Positions 11,125-24,600 of a DNA stretch of 64,000 nucleotides are shown here, one piece after another. Each line of letters starts with the position of its first letter. Within the stretch, counting starts at the first letter, position 1. The stretch is from Scyliorhinus canicula (lineage: Eukaryota), in assembly GCF_902713615.1 (NCBI RefSeq), contig NW_024055485.1:1-64000 (forward strand), given 5' to 3'. The notes beneath the pieces were generated by a model. The model searched no databases, was not told where the DNA came from, and saw only the letters and a list, made by a program, of their open reading frames with translations. The position numbers and the translations under genes are program-made.

Positions 11125-11170
11125 GGGGTAAACAGACACACAGCGTGAAAACAAGGCGGATTCCCGTCAT
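11125..11170 (-). CDS. NTCRV: Leader exon of NAR-TCR V
   Basis: ATG at 11170: MTGIRLVFTLCVCLP+C|gtgagt; phase 1, splices in frame (CGA) to the V exon. Confidence 0.88.
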
Positions 11171-11673
11171 CCTGCTGCCTGGAGCTGATGGTTTAGATGA
11201 CGGGGATCGGGAGACTGCAAACCTGGACTGCTCTGGGAGACTGCTCCTCAGAGCTGAACTAAAACTAAATTACGCCCTTAAATCGGTAAATTAGGCCACG
11301 CCCACAGTGCAGCTCACAACAGAACTTGAGTATTTAAGCGGGGCAGCCGGTTGTGAACATCCACAGCCCTTGCTACCACGGAGCCTCCACTTGCCTATCG
11401 CTTCATTCGTTTTGTGAGCTGCAGTTCAAACGGAGCTCAAACTGCGCCGCATGGTAGCACAATGGTTGGCACCGTTTCTGTACAGCGCCAGGGTCCCAGG
11501 TTCGATTCCTGGCTTGGGTCACTGTCTGTGCGGAGTCGGCACGTTCTCCCCGTGTTTGCGTGGGTTTCCTCCCGGTGCTCCGGTTTCCTCCCACAAGTCC
11601 CGAAAGACGTGCTGTTAGGTTAATTGGACATTCTGAATTATCCCTCTGTGTACCTGAACAGGCGCCAGTAATC

Positions 11674-12204
11674 ATACACAATGATTACTGCACCATCGCC
11701 GTCTATGTTTTTTTCAATTCTAACAATGCTTCAATTTAGTAACGATTACTTTCCAGTTCTGACAATGAAGCGATTATTATGATTATTATTAAACAACCTC
11801 TCCCACCTCAGTCTATTGAACAGGGGTTCGGTGGACGAGTTGTTCTGTCAGTAGATGCTCTCGCCCCCTTTTCATTTCAGAAATGAGTTGGGAGATCGGT
11901 CCATGTGATTTTGTTGGGTGGTCGTATTTACACAATTATTGCAATGGTGCCGGTAATACCTTTAACAAAACTCTGAAACGGTTCATGGAACCTCGCTTAA
12001 ATGACTGATCAGAATGCCGAAGCCTCAGAGCCGGCAGCTTCCTTCAATCCAGAAACTGATGATCAGGTTACAATATGATACAGACCACTGATAATATCCA
12101 GGTAGATATTTACAATATACACAATGATTACTGCACCATCGCCGTCTATGTTTTTTTCAATTCTAACAATGCTTCAATTTAGTAACGATTACTTTCCAGT
12201 TCTG
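11674..12204 (+). repeat. 88-bp perfect direct repeat (11674-11761 and 12117-12204)
   Basis: atacacaatgattactgcaccatcgcc...actttccagttctg identical at both sites. Confidence 0.9.
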
Positions 12205-15074
12205 TCATATTCAGAATTCTAATTTGCAGTGACAGAGAATGGACAGATATTCAGAAGGACAATGTACATGGTCGGATCGGGTTAGGGGGCTTGGAAGAAC
12301 GAGGAGAGGTAATATATAGTAAATTATACAATTTTATAGGCACTGTGGAAAGAGCGAGAGAAGTGATGTGATGGGAGGGAAGGTTGAGACTTCTGTGAAA
12401 TGCATTTGAGATTACTGGCTTTATCAATACAAAAGGTGAAAATGTTACGTTGTATAACGTTGATAATATCTGGGCTAGATTATTGTTCAAATCTGTGCAC
12501 CACATCTGATGAATGATTGAGGGCCATGGAGAGGGTGTGGGACATCATTAAAATGGAACCAATGAAGAAATGCTTCCGCTTTGTGGAAAGACTGGGGAAT
12601 GTGTTCTCCGTAAAACTGGGAAGTCTGAGAGAAGATTTGATTGATATTGACAGCTGTCAACAATTCCGGTTGAATAAATAAGGAGATATTGCCTCTAGTG
12701 GCAGAAGGTTCAGTCACCAGAGAACTTGCATGTGAAGGATTGACATTTGCTAAAGAATCAGAGACAATTTGAGCTGGTATTTGCTTTGCAATGTGTGAAT
12801 TTGAGACGTGTTCACTGACTGAAAGGCATGTGGAAGCGGATTTAAATGTCAAAAATGGAATAGGATAACGTCCTGACTTCGAACCATTAGCAAGGCAGCG
12901 GGGCAGGGGCAATAGAGGCAGAGTAATTTGAACGCTCCCTTCAGAGGTCAGTCAGGCACCATGTGCTGAATGACCTCTTTGTGAGATTGAATGATGAGGG
13001 AATGGAACACGAAGTTCTTGATGATCCCAGTATACAAATATTTACCTATACCCTGCGCAATTACTTTTCGAAGGCTGTGCTAATGTAATGCAGTTCAGAA
13101 ACCTATGGCGTCAGTAGAATGTTTGGAGAAAGAAGGTATGGCTTTTCCTAGTTCATACTCCACAGACAGGTGCCCAGATCTGGTATCGAGCAAGGACGGA
13201 GGAGGCTGTGATTTAATCAGATGAGTTTTGAAGGAGAAGCAGAGAAAACAAAGTCCAATTTTCTTCAACACGCCGAGTATCTGATCGTTCCTTCAGTTTG
13301 AAGTGAAACATACAGATAAAGCGGGAGAGTTGGCCACACATTGCTTAAAGTCCGAATGGGTTTTTGATTTCCAGTAAACTGCGCTTGTCATCTTGTCCCA
13401 ATCTGCAATTTCAATGTGACTGAACACGAATTTTCTGATTGACAGACATCAAACTGTGAAGAACGACACTTCAGGAACCCCTGGATTAACTGTTCTGTTT
13501 GGCACTGGGAAAGTGATCAGCAAATCGGTTAACAAGTGTTCTCCTCACACACAGAGAAGGTTAGAAACATATCCTCCCCATCCCTGCGTATGCCTCGTCC
13601 CACCAGTCGAACAGACTCAGCAGAGGTGGCGGCACAACGCTATACATCCGGGAGGGTGTTCCCCTGGGAGAGCCCAAATTCGACCCAGACCCCGTGAAAC
13701 TGGTTTCAGATGAAGCATGGACAAATAAACATCCTGCTGATTGCCAAGTACCATCCCCCGACAGCTGATGAATCAGTACTCCTCCATGCTGAACATCATT
13801 TGGAGAAAACACTGAGGTGGCAAGGGGACGAAATATACTCTGGGTGGGGGAACTTCAATGTTCATCATCAAGAATACCTCGGGAAGCACCAGCATAGACG
13901 TAGTAGGCCGAATCTTAAAGGACATAGCTGCTGGATTGTATCTGAGACAGGTTGTGGGGGAGTCAACAGAGCTGAGTGATACAAAAGAGAAGAAGCGTTG
14001 GCGATGCTGCATAGAAAATAATGGTTCGCCCTGAACCATGGGCCTCACGGTAGCATGGTGGTTAGCATAAATGCTTCACAGGGTCCCAGGTTCGATTCCC
14101 GGCTGGGTCACTGTCTGTGTGGAGTCTGCACGTCCTTCCCCTGTGTGCGTGGGTTTCCTCCGGGTGCTCTGGTTTCCTCCCACAGTCCAAAGATGTGCGG
14201 GTTAGGTGGATTGGCTATGCTAAATTGCCCGTAGTGTCCTAATAAAAGTTGGGTTACGGGTATAGGGTGGATACGTGGGTTTGAGTAGGGTGATCATGGC
14301 TCGGCACAACATTGAGGGCCGAAGGGCCTGTTCTGTGCTGTACTGTTCTATGTTCTATGACTGTAAAACTGTCCGTCAGGTTGCTTCGCAGCTTAGACCC
14401 AACATCAGTCCGCCACTGTTGCACGCATGAGAATGTTAAAATTAAGCGAAAGTGTGAAATAGCCGAGAATGAATCTGCAGAACATATCGCATTCCTACAG
14501 GAATGTAATCCACCTCAAAACAATGGTAAAATAATTGAACACAATTGTGACATTGTATTCCACACGATACTGCCCGATTTAGACGCAAAGTCAGAAACTG
14601 CCCAATGTTTGGATTTTTGGAAATATACACTCAAGTTGCTCCCTCTAGCAGGATGCCCAGGAACCACAGCTTTCTAAAACTAATTCTATCATGTGGTTAC
14701 CACGGACAGCACTAACCTGCTGAGGAGTGGACAATCCCAGAAGGTCTTACAGCAGCTGTGGAGAGGGAAGGGATGTGATATACCGTGCCCAGTATTTTCT
14801 CTTTCTGTGTCTGATTGCAGCAACAGCCGTCCACTTTTATTAAAGGAGTGATTCACAGTTACTTGAAACACAGACACAGGATTCATTTTCCATTTTCGTT
14901 TGGTTGGGGGTTAGAATGTTGAGTGACTCCAGGGAGACACCGAGCGGGTATCGACATCTCGTGCAGCTCAGCGTAGTTTGTAATTGAATTGGTTAATAGC
15001 AAGGCCTGTTTAGTCATGTGGAATGTTCACTATTGTGACTCAATGAAGAAGTATTATAGCCATCACGCAGAAGC

Positions 15075-17845
15075 CAGTTTATCTCAGTGACATTAGACTC
15101 AAGGACAGTATAAACGCAAAAGAAAAAACATAAAAAGTGGCGAGGATTAGTGAGAAGCCAGAGGATTGGGAAGCCTTTAAGAGCGAGCAGATGACAGATA
15201 AAATATCAATAAGGAAAGCGAAGATGAAATATGAGTGCAAGCTAGCTACTAATATAAATGAAGATGGGAAGAGTTTTTTCAATATAAAGAGAGAGGCAAA
15301 AATAGACATTGGAGCACTGGACAATGTGGCTGGAGAAGTAATAATAGGAAACAAAGAAATGGCAGACGAACTGAATAGCTACTTTGCATCAGTCTTCACG
15401 GTGGAAGATACCAGTGGGATGCCAAAGCTCCAGGAGAAACAGGGGGCAGAGGTGAGTGCAGTGGCCATCACTAAGGAGAAAGTTCTGGGGACACTGAAAG
15501 TTCTGAAAGTGGAGAGGTCAACTGGACCGGATGGACTGCACCGCAGGTTTCCAAAAGAGATAGCTGAGGAGATTGCTGAGGCATTGGTAGTGATCTTTCA
15601 GAAATCACTGGAGGCAGGAAGGGTACCAGAGGACTGGAAGGTGGCTCATGTAACACCACTGTTTAAGAAGGGAGGGAGGCAGGAGACGGGAAATTAGAGG
15701 CCGGTTGGCTTGACTTCAGTCATTGGTGGGATTTTAGAGTCCATAATTAGAGATGAGATTGCGGAGTACTTGGAAGTGCATGGTAAAATAGGACCGAGTC
15801 AGCATGGCTTTTTCAAAAGGAGGTCATGTCTGACAGATCTGTTAGAGTCTTTGACGAGGTAACAAGGAAGTGAGACAAAGGAGAACCAGTGGAAGTGATT
15901 TATTTAGATTTCGAGAAGGCCTTTGATAAGGTGCCGCATAGGAGATTGATCATTAAGTTAAGAGCTCATATTGTTAATTCTCAGATCCTGGCATGGGTAC
16001 GGGATTGGCTGACTGACAGAAGGCAGAGAGTGGGGATAAAGGGTTTTTTTCAGGATGGCAGCCGATGACTATTGGTAATTTCACACATTTAGCACTCTCT
16101 GTGTGTAAGAGGCGTTTCCTTTATCCTATAAATGCATTGTGTACTTTTAACCCGTGTCCAGGTGTACGTCTCCGACATTAAATTTAGAGTAAAATTGGGG
16201 GATATAACTTTTATGCATGGTGGCAGCCTGTGACTAGTGGTCTGCCGCAGGATCTGTGCTGGGACCACAACCTTTCACAATATACATTAATGATCTGGAA
16301 GAAGTAACTGCAGGCACTGCTGCTAAGTTTGCAGATGATACAAATATCTGTAGAGGGACAGGTAGCATTGAGGAAATAAGGGGGCTGCAGAAGGATTTAG
16401 ACAGGCGAGAAGAGTGGGCAATGAAGTGGCAAATTAAATATAACGTGGTAAAGTTTGGTTATGCACTTTGGAAGGAGGAATTTCAACATAGACTATTTTC
16501 TAAATGGGGAAATGCTCAGGAAACCAGAAGCACAAAGGGACATGGCTGTCAGTTTTCACCATTCTCTTAAGGTTAACGTGCAGGTTCAGTCGGAAGTTAG
16601 GAAGGCAATTGCAATGTCAGCATTCATGTCAAGAGGGCTAGAATACAAGACCAGGGACGTACTTCTGTTGCTGTATGAGGCCCTGGTCATGCCCCATTTG
16701 GAGTACTGTGAGAAGTTTTGGACCCCGTATCTAAGGAAAGATGAGCATTTTGAGCAGGAGTAAGGGGCAGGGGGAGAGCTGACGGCCGATTTGAGCAGGG
16801 GTGGCGGCCATTTTGAGCCGCACATCGGAATTCCCGTCCCGGGGTCACGGTTCGAAGCCCATCCATTCAAGATTGCTTTCCTCCTTTTATTCTGAGAAGT
16901 ACAATATTTTTAGGTGGTGCTCGAGGATGACTGCTGTGTTTGTTCCCTTTTCTTTTGTAAAAAACAAAGTGCGTTCGTCACCTGAGCGAGCGGGTTGGTG
17001 GGCATTTTGAGTGAGGAGGCGCTGGCCATTTTAAATGAAGCAGTGGCCATTTTGAGTGAGCCAGGGGCCATTTTTGGGGGCCATTCTTTTCTCATTCTCT
17101 CCGCCCCACCCCGCCCCACCATTCCTCCTCCCTTCCAAAAACACGCAATTTGGAAGATGTGCGGTGAGGAACTTGTAAAAGTGGGAGGGGAGGAATTTAA
17201 AAGTTGGTGACAGATTTTTAATTTATTGTTTTTTTTCATTCAGTTCGGCACTGAGGGAAGTGCTCAGTGTTGGTCTCTGCTGTTTTTATGTTATGTTCCT
17301 GCCTGAAAAAAATAAATTCAGCTGCCACCAAAAAAAAGGAAAGACGTGCAGCCCGTGGAAAGGGTCCAGAGGAGATCCACAAGAACAATCCTTGGAATTA
17401 ACACCTTGTCGTATGAGGATCGGTTGAGGACTCGGGGTCTGTAGTCATTGGAGTTTAGAAGGATGAGTGGGGATCTTGTTGAAACTTACAGGATCCTGCG
17501 AGGCCTGGATAGAGTGGACATGGAGAGGATGATTCCACTTGTAGGAAAAATGAGCAGAGAACACAATCCCAGGCCAAAGGGACAATCCGTTAAAACAGAG
17601 ATGAGGAGGAACTTCTTCAGCCAGAGGGTAGTGAATCTGTGGATATTTTTGCCGCAGCAGGCTGTTGAGGCCAATTCGCTGAACGTCTTGAAGGCAGAGA
17701 TAGATAGGTTCTTGATTAATAAGGGGATCAGGGGTTATGGGGAGAAGGCAGAAGAGTGGGGATGAGAAAAATATCAACCATGATTGAATGGCGGAGCAAC
17801 TCGATGGGCCGAGTGGCCTAATTATGGTTCTATGTCTTATGGTGT
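15075..17845 (+). mobile_element. Degenerate 5'-truncated CR1 LINE, interrupted at 16742-17335
   Basis: ORF2 pieces in ORFs 15137..15697, 16256..16570 (FADD), 16455..16763 and 17448..17765; CR1 3' tail near 17830. Confidence 0.9.
16742..17335 (+). mobile_element. Unidentified 594-bp retro-insertion with A-tail and 9-bp TSD
   Basis: Flanked by aaggaaaga (16733-16741 and 17336-17344); AATAAA at ~17311 and an A-run before the second TSD; the CR1 sequence resumes exactly across it. Confidence 0.75.
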
Positions 17846-20434
17846 AATCAGGGAGAATTAGCCTGACACAGTGTTAGCAACATGCTGTCGGACTTACTCA
17901 CATAACAGAAGTTAGACTGGCATGCAAAAAACAGGTTCCTCACAGAATGCAAATTATACCCACACAGCACAAATTCTACCGGGAGACACCAGCGGCTATC
18001 CATAGTCGTTACAGTGCAGAAGGAGGCTATTCTGCTCATAGAGTCTGCACCGGCTCCTGGAAAGAGCACCCTACTTAAGTCCACGTCTCCACCCTGTCCC
18101 CGTAACCCAGTAACCAACAGCTAGCCTTTTTTTGGATGCTAAGTGCCATTCATCATGGCCATTCCGTCTAACCTGCGCATCTTTGGATTGTGAGAGGAGA
18201 CCAGAGCACCCGGAGGAAACCTACGCAGACACAGGGAGAACGTGCAGACTCCGCACAGACAGTGACCCAGCAGGTAATCGAACCTTGGACCCTGGAGCTG
18301 TGAAGCAACTGTGCTAACCACTGTGTTACCGCGCTGCCCCCCACATCATACAAAGGGTATTATCAAAAACAACTTACATTTACAAAACTCGTTAACTATC
18401 ATAAAACTGACCAGTTTAATTCACATGGGCGCAGGCAACCAAAATTGAGACTAAATCACTGAGGGAAATATTAGAATATTTTTCGAAGTCCAAGGTCCCT
18501 TGATTATTTCATCTGGCCCGTTCTCTTGTCACTTTTCACCGAATTCACATAATTAATGAGCTGGATACGTGTCCTTGGTTCTTACTCTCGACTTGTCCTC
18601 TGATGGTTTTAAGGTCTTAATTATTGTGTTACTGCCTCTGTGTCCTTGATTAACACACTGGGCTCTGACTTTATGTTTGCTCCATGTCCTGATTGTTATT
18701 GGATGACAAATCCTGAGGCTTTGTTTTATTCGGATCCATTGATAAATTAAATCAGGTTTGTCTATTGTGGCGATATTACAAAATTAAATGTACTCCTTGA
18801 AGATATTTGATCCCGCTTTGACTGTCTGTTGTATGAAATCATGTTAAATTGGCCGACAGAAGGGTTTCACCTTCAGCCTGCTTTCTGAGTGAATGCATTA
18901 AAAAGATCACGTTCTTCCGAATCGTTTTGAAACCACTCCTGACACCTTTGACATAATTTTAAAAACGAGAACAAGATGTTCAGGTACCCGAGTCTATGCC
19001 CCCTTCAAGATTTCGATCAAGACTAACTAGGTTTTGGAAACTGGTTGTTTTAATGCTGTGCGCATTTGAAGATAATCTGTCGCCTGTTGACCACACATTA
19101 ATGACAGAAACAGCTAATCACCGTGCTCCCGAAGTGCGGACAGTGTTTTGCGATGTTGCATCGAAGATAGAACGGTAAAAATACGTATCTTTGACGTATG
19201 ATAGGACATGTTTGTGTAATTCTGTGGGAGGGGACACCTGCCGTCCCTTTTGGGTAAAAAGTATATGACAACTCACTTCAAAATGAAGGTACCACCAAAT
19301 GGGTAAAATAGTGCAGTTGGTAAACGGCAAAATGTGTGATCAATTCGCCTTGTGCCACAGTGGGTTTTTGGAGCCACGGCCCATTCACTAAGGAGGTGAA
19401 TGGAAACACAACGTCCTGTTCTGCTTCTCGAATCTTCCAAAAAATGGAATCGTTTATTTCTATCTACTCCGTCCCGAAAAAAACTTGATTTTGAACAGCT
19501 CTACAAAATCTCATCTGAACCTTGCATCCGACATAGAGAAGAACCACCAACTTCTCCAAGTAACTGTTTTATTTAATCACTGGAAAATTGTGGAAAACTT
19601 CTCGGCCCCCTTGCTGAAGCGTTCTTAACATTCCCAATGTGCGATTCCCGGAAATGTACACAGCACTCCAGTTCATAGAACAGTACAGCACAGAACAGGC
19701 CCTTCGGCCCTCGATGTTGTGCGCAGAGGCCCCCAAAAAGCAAAATCCCATTTGATAGCAGGTCCCTTCTCGACTCTGCATGCTCCGAGAAACACCCCGC
19801 TATTTGTGCCCAAAATGGGACTCTGTTTTTAAAAAATCAAATAACCCGTATACCCGTAACCCAACAATCCCCCCCATTAACCTTACACGATGGGCAATTT
19901 AGCATAGCCAATCCATCTAACCCACACATCTTTGGACTGTGGGAGGAAACCGGAGCACCCGGAGGAAACCCACGCACACACGGGGAAGACGTGCAGACTC
20001 CACACAGACAGAGACCCAGCCGGGAATCGAATCTGGGACCCTGGAGCTGTGAAGCATTGATGCTAACCACCATGCTACCGTGAGGCCCATGGTTCAGGGC
20101 GAACCATTCTTTTCTATGCAGCATCGCCAACGCTTCCTCTCTTTTGTATCACTCAGCTCTGTTATGGAGGTCAGGAAACTATGCGCTTTGATCACCACTT
20201 TCATAACCTACTGATCCACCTGAAATGAACCTCACCCAAATACTCTAGGGCTCCTTGTTCCTTCATTCGTTGGAAACTTTAACAGAAGTAATAATTCTGG
20301 GGGGACAGAAAGACGAATATGAATTCCCCAAGTAAAGAAGAACGAACGTCAAAACCCAGAGTGTTTAATTATTATATTCTGCCCTGCAAACACATAAGGC
20401 TAATTGTAAATACGGTGTTCTAGATAAATATATT

Positions 20435-20660
20435 CTGTGTGTTTGTCTGTGTGTGTTACTGTGTGCATTTTTGTCTGTGTTTGTGTGTGTGTGTGTGAGT
20501 TTGTGTGTATGTCTCTACTTATGTTTGTGTATTTGCTTGTGTGTGTTTGTGATTGTGTGCGCACTTCTGTGCTTTTGTATGTGTGTGTTTGTTCGTGTGA
20601 GTTTCTGTGTTATTTGCGTGTTCGTGTGTGTGTTCGTGCTGTACTTTCAACTGTGTGTCT
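20435..20660. repeat. Degenerate (TG)n microsatellite
   Basis: Interrupted tg/gt repeats. Confidence 0.9.
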
Positions 20661-20739
20661 TGAATTTCCAAAATGGTAAACTTGCTGAAATCTCCGCTGG
20701 ATTTACATCACTCTATGTCTTTACCACGGCGTGTCAGTA

Positions 20740-20904
20740 ATCCTCACCCTGTTCAGTGTTTTGCACAGCATTCACTGTGCATTGTATCACTGTGTCTATG
20801 ATCTTCGCCCTGTCGGCTGTTTTACATAGCTTGTCTGTGCACTGTACCACTGTGTCGATAATCCTCACCATGTTCACATTTCTGTACAGTTCTCCGTGCT
20901 CTGC
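20740..20904 (-). repeat. Diverged orphan copy of the tandem 23-RSS array (2 full units plus a truncated third)
   Basis: cactgtg at 20788-20794 and 20848-20854 (60-bp period), each with a 23-bp spacer resembling the 5.2-5.8-kb array and the same atcctcaccatgttca linker; third unit cut by CR1 near 20905; no V adjacent. Confidence 0.8.
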
Positions 20905-21662
20905 AACTTCATTTCCCAACTCATTGTACTCAATGCCCCGGCTGATGAAGGCAAGCATGCCACATGCCTTCTTCAACACCTTGGCCACCTATATTACATA
21001 GAACATAGAACAGTACAGCACAGAACAGGCCCTTCGGCCCTCGATGTTGTGCCGAGCAATGATCACCTTGCTCTTTTCCAAACCCACGTATTGCCACTTT
21101 TACGGAACTGTGGACCTTCATGCCCAGATCCCTCTGTATGTTAATGTTCATAATGGTTCTGCCATTTATAGTATAATTTATACCTAGATTAGATCCTCCA
21201 AAATGCATCAACTCGCATTTGTCCGAATTAAACTCCATCTGTCATCTCTGTTCTCAGTTCGCCAATCTATCCATATCCTGTTTTATTATCTGCCAATCTT
21301 CGGAACTATCAGCAATCTTCGTGTCATCCGCAAACTTGCTGATTAGACCATCCACGTTTTCCTCCAGAACATTTACATACACTGCAAACAGCAGAGGTCC
21401 CAGCACTGTCCCCTGCGGAATACCACTAGCTACATATCTCTGTTCAGAAAAATACCCTTCCACCACTACTCTCTGACTCCCATAACCAAGCCACTTCTGT
21501 ATCCAGCCAGCCAGCCCACCCCGAATCCCATGTGATTTTAGTTTTTGTAACAGTCTGCCATGTGGGACCTTATCAAAGGCCTTTCTGAAGTCCATTTAAA
21601 CTGCATCCACAGACCTTTCTTTATCACCACTTTAAAAAACTCAATCAATTTGGTGAGACATG
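20905..21662 (-). mobile_element. CR1 RT fragments
   Basis: ORFs 21254..21595 (DFRKAFDKVPH...FADD) and 20930..21238. Confidence 0.85.
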
Positions 21663-24600
21663 ATAGGTAGATAGGTTTTTGATTAATAACGGGATTAGGT
21701 AGAAGGGAGGGGAATGTGGTTGAGAAAAAATATCAATCATGATTGAATGGGGGGAAGGCTTGAAGGGCCGATTGGTCTAATTATGTTCCAATTTCATATC
21801 GCCTTATGGTCTTTTGAAGCAGTGCAGTGGGAGAGTGGAAATTATATACTAATTTAACAGAGGGAAACAGGAACTTAGGGAACCCATATAAACCTGGAGA
21901 AAGTTAATACAGAACCAGGAAGAAACATTTCATTGAAAGGAAGAGAAAGATTGGATGATCTATGGGAAACGCGCAAAGCACAATGAGATACAAGGGTGGA
22001 TTGGGAGGTTTGTGGAGGGAAAGACTGAAATGGAGTCCGGTCTGGAATTCTGTGCAATGTTTGGTCTTTTTAATTAAGACATTATCGAAATGCTTGGGAG
22101 GTAATTTAGCAAATACACTTGAGGTAAATCCCTGTGAGAAGATATTAAGTGGTTTGGACCTGCTGCAGCGCCTGTTAGACCGCATGGCGGCTCTGGAGCT
22201 GCGGGTGGACTCACTTTGGAGCATCCGCGATGCTGAGGAAGTCGTGGACAGCACGTTCAGTGAGCTGGTCACACCGCAGATTAGGATTGGTGAGGGAGAC
22301 AGGGAATGGGTGACGAAAAGGCAGAGAAAGAGCAGGAAGGCAGTGCAGGTGTCCCCTGCGGTCATCTCCCTCCAAAACAGGTATACCGTTTTGGATACTG
22401 TTGGGGGAGATGATTCACCAGGGCAAGGCAATAGTAGCCAGGCTCATGGCACCGTGGGTGGCTTTGCTGCACAGAATGGCGGTAAAAAGACTGGTAGGGC
22501 TATAGTCATAGGGGATTCAATTGTAAGGGGAGTAGACAGGCATTCCTGTGGTCGAAAACGAGACTCCCGAATGGTATGTTGCCTCCCGGGTGCTCGGGTC
22601 AGGGATGTCTCCGATCGGCTGCAGGACATACTGAAGGGGGAGGTGAACAGCCAGTTGTCGTGGTGCATATAGGCACCAACGATATAGGTAAACAAAAGGA
22701 TGAGGTCCTACAATCAGAATTTAGGGAGTTAGGAGAGAAGTTAAAAAGTAGGACCTCAAAGGTAGTAATCTCAGGATTGCTACCAGTGCCACGGGACAGT
22801 CAGAGTAGAAATTCAAGAATATTCAGAATGAATACGTGGCTTGAGAGATGGTGCAGGATGGAGGGGTTCAGATTTTTGGGACATTGGAACCGGTTCTGGG
22901 GGTGGTGGGACCATTACAAACCGGATGGTCTACACCTGGGCAGGACTGGAACCAATGTCCTCGGGGGTGCTTTTGCTAACACTGTTGGGGAGGTTTTAAA
23001 TTAATGTGGCAGGGGGATGGGAACCGGATTAGGAAGTTAGAGGTCAGTAAAGAAGCAGCAACTAAAGCCAGTAAGGTACGAGACAATAAACTCAATGTGA
23101 CAAATGGGAAGAGTAGACAGGGAAGAGATGATGAACGCAAAGGGACAGGTGGTCTGAGGTATATTTGTTTTAATGCGAGAAGTGTAGCAGGTAAGGGAGA
23201 TGAACTTAGGATTTGGATCAGTACCTGGGAATATGATGTTATTGGTATTACTGAGACTTGGTTGAGGGAAGGGCAGGACTGGCAACTGAATATCCCAGGG
23301 TATAGATGCTTCAGGAGGGATAGAGAGGGAGGTAGAAGGGGTGGAGGAGTTGCATTACTCGTCAGAGATGATATCACAGCTGTGATTAAGGAGGGCACGA
23401 TGGAGCATTCGAGCACTGAGGCAATATGGGTGGAGCTGAGAAATAGGAAGGGTGCAGTAACATTGTTGGGACTTTACTACAGGCCTCCCAAAAGCGAGCA
23501 TGAAGTAGAGGTACAAATATGCAGACAGATTATAAAAAAATGTAGGAGCAATAGGGTGGTTGTGATGGGAGATTTTAACTTCCCCAACATTGAATGGGAT
23601 TCGTGTAGTGTTGGAGGCGTAGATGGAGCAGAGTTTGTAAGGAGCATCCAGGAGAGTTTTGTAGAGCAGTATGTAAATAGTCCAACTCGCCAAGGGTCCA
23701 TACTGGACCTGGTATTGGGGAATGATCCCGGCCAGGTGGTTGATGTTTCAGTCGGTGATTACTTTGGGAATAGCGATCACAATTCCGTAAGTTTTAGAAT
23801 ACTCATGGACAAGGACAAGAGTGGTCCGAAAGGAAGAGTGCTAAATTGGGGAAAGGCAGAGTATAACAAAATTCGGCAGGAGCTAGGGAATGTGGATTGG
23901 GAGCAGCTGTTTAAGGGTAAATCCACATTTGAAATGTGGGAGTCTTTTAAGGAAAGGTTGATTAGAGTGCAGGACAGACATGTTCCTGTGAAAATGAGAG
24001 ATAGAAATGGCAAGATTAGGGAACCATGGATGACGCGTGAAATTGTGAAACTAGCTAAGATGAAAAAGGAAGCATATGTAAGATCGAGGCGACTCAAAAC
24101 TGATGAAGCTTTGGAGGAATATCGGGAAAGTTGGGCGAATCTCAAACGCGCAATAAAAAGGGCTAAAAGGGGTCATGAAATATCTTTGGCTAACAGGGTT
24201 AAGGAAAATCCCAAAGCCTTTTATTCGTATGTAAGGAGCAAGAGGGTAACTAGGGAAATGATTGGCCCACTCAAAGACAAGGGAGAGAATTTATGCGTGG
24301 ACTCAGAGGAAATGGGTGAGATTCTTAATGAGTACTTTGCATCGGTATTCACAAAGGAGAGGGACAAGACGAATGTTGAGGCTAGAGATGGATGTTTAAG
24401 TACTCTAGGTCAAGTTGTCATACGGAAATGGGAAGTTTTGGGTATTCTAAAAGACATTAAGGTGATCAGGTCCCCAGGACCAGATGAGATCTATCCCAGG
24501 TTATTGAGGGAAGCGAGGGTCGAAATAGCTGAGGCCTTAACAGATATCTTTGCAGCATCCTTGAGCACGGGTGAGGTCCCGGAGGACTGGAGAATTGCTA

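Noticed and set aside
11330-11337. TATA-like cttaaata ~160 bp 5' of the NAR V ATG (minus strand)
   Set aside because: Plausible position but a weak, common motif; no octamer or CRE seen to support it.
13456-13520. J-like FGTG motif (LTVLFGTGKVI) on the plus strand
   Set aside because: No credible RSS, no TxLxV tail, no splice donor, and opposite strand to the cassette.
19356-19371. CACAGTG directly followed by ggtttttgg
   Set aside because: No nonamer at 12 or 23 bp and no coding segment; expected by chance.
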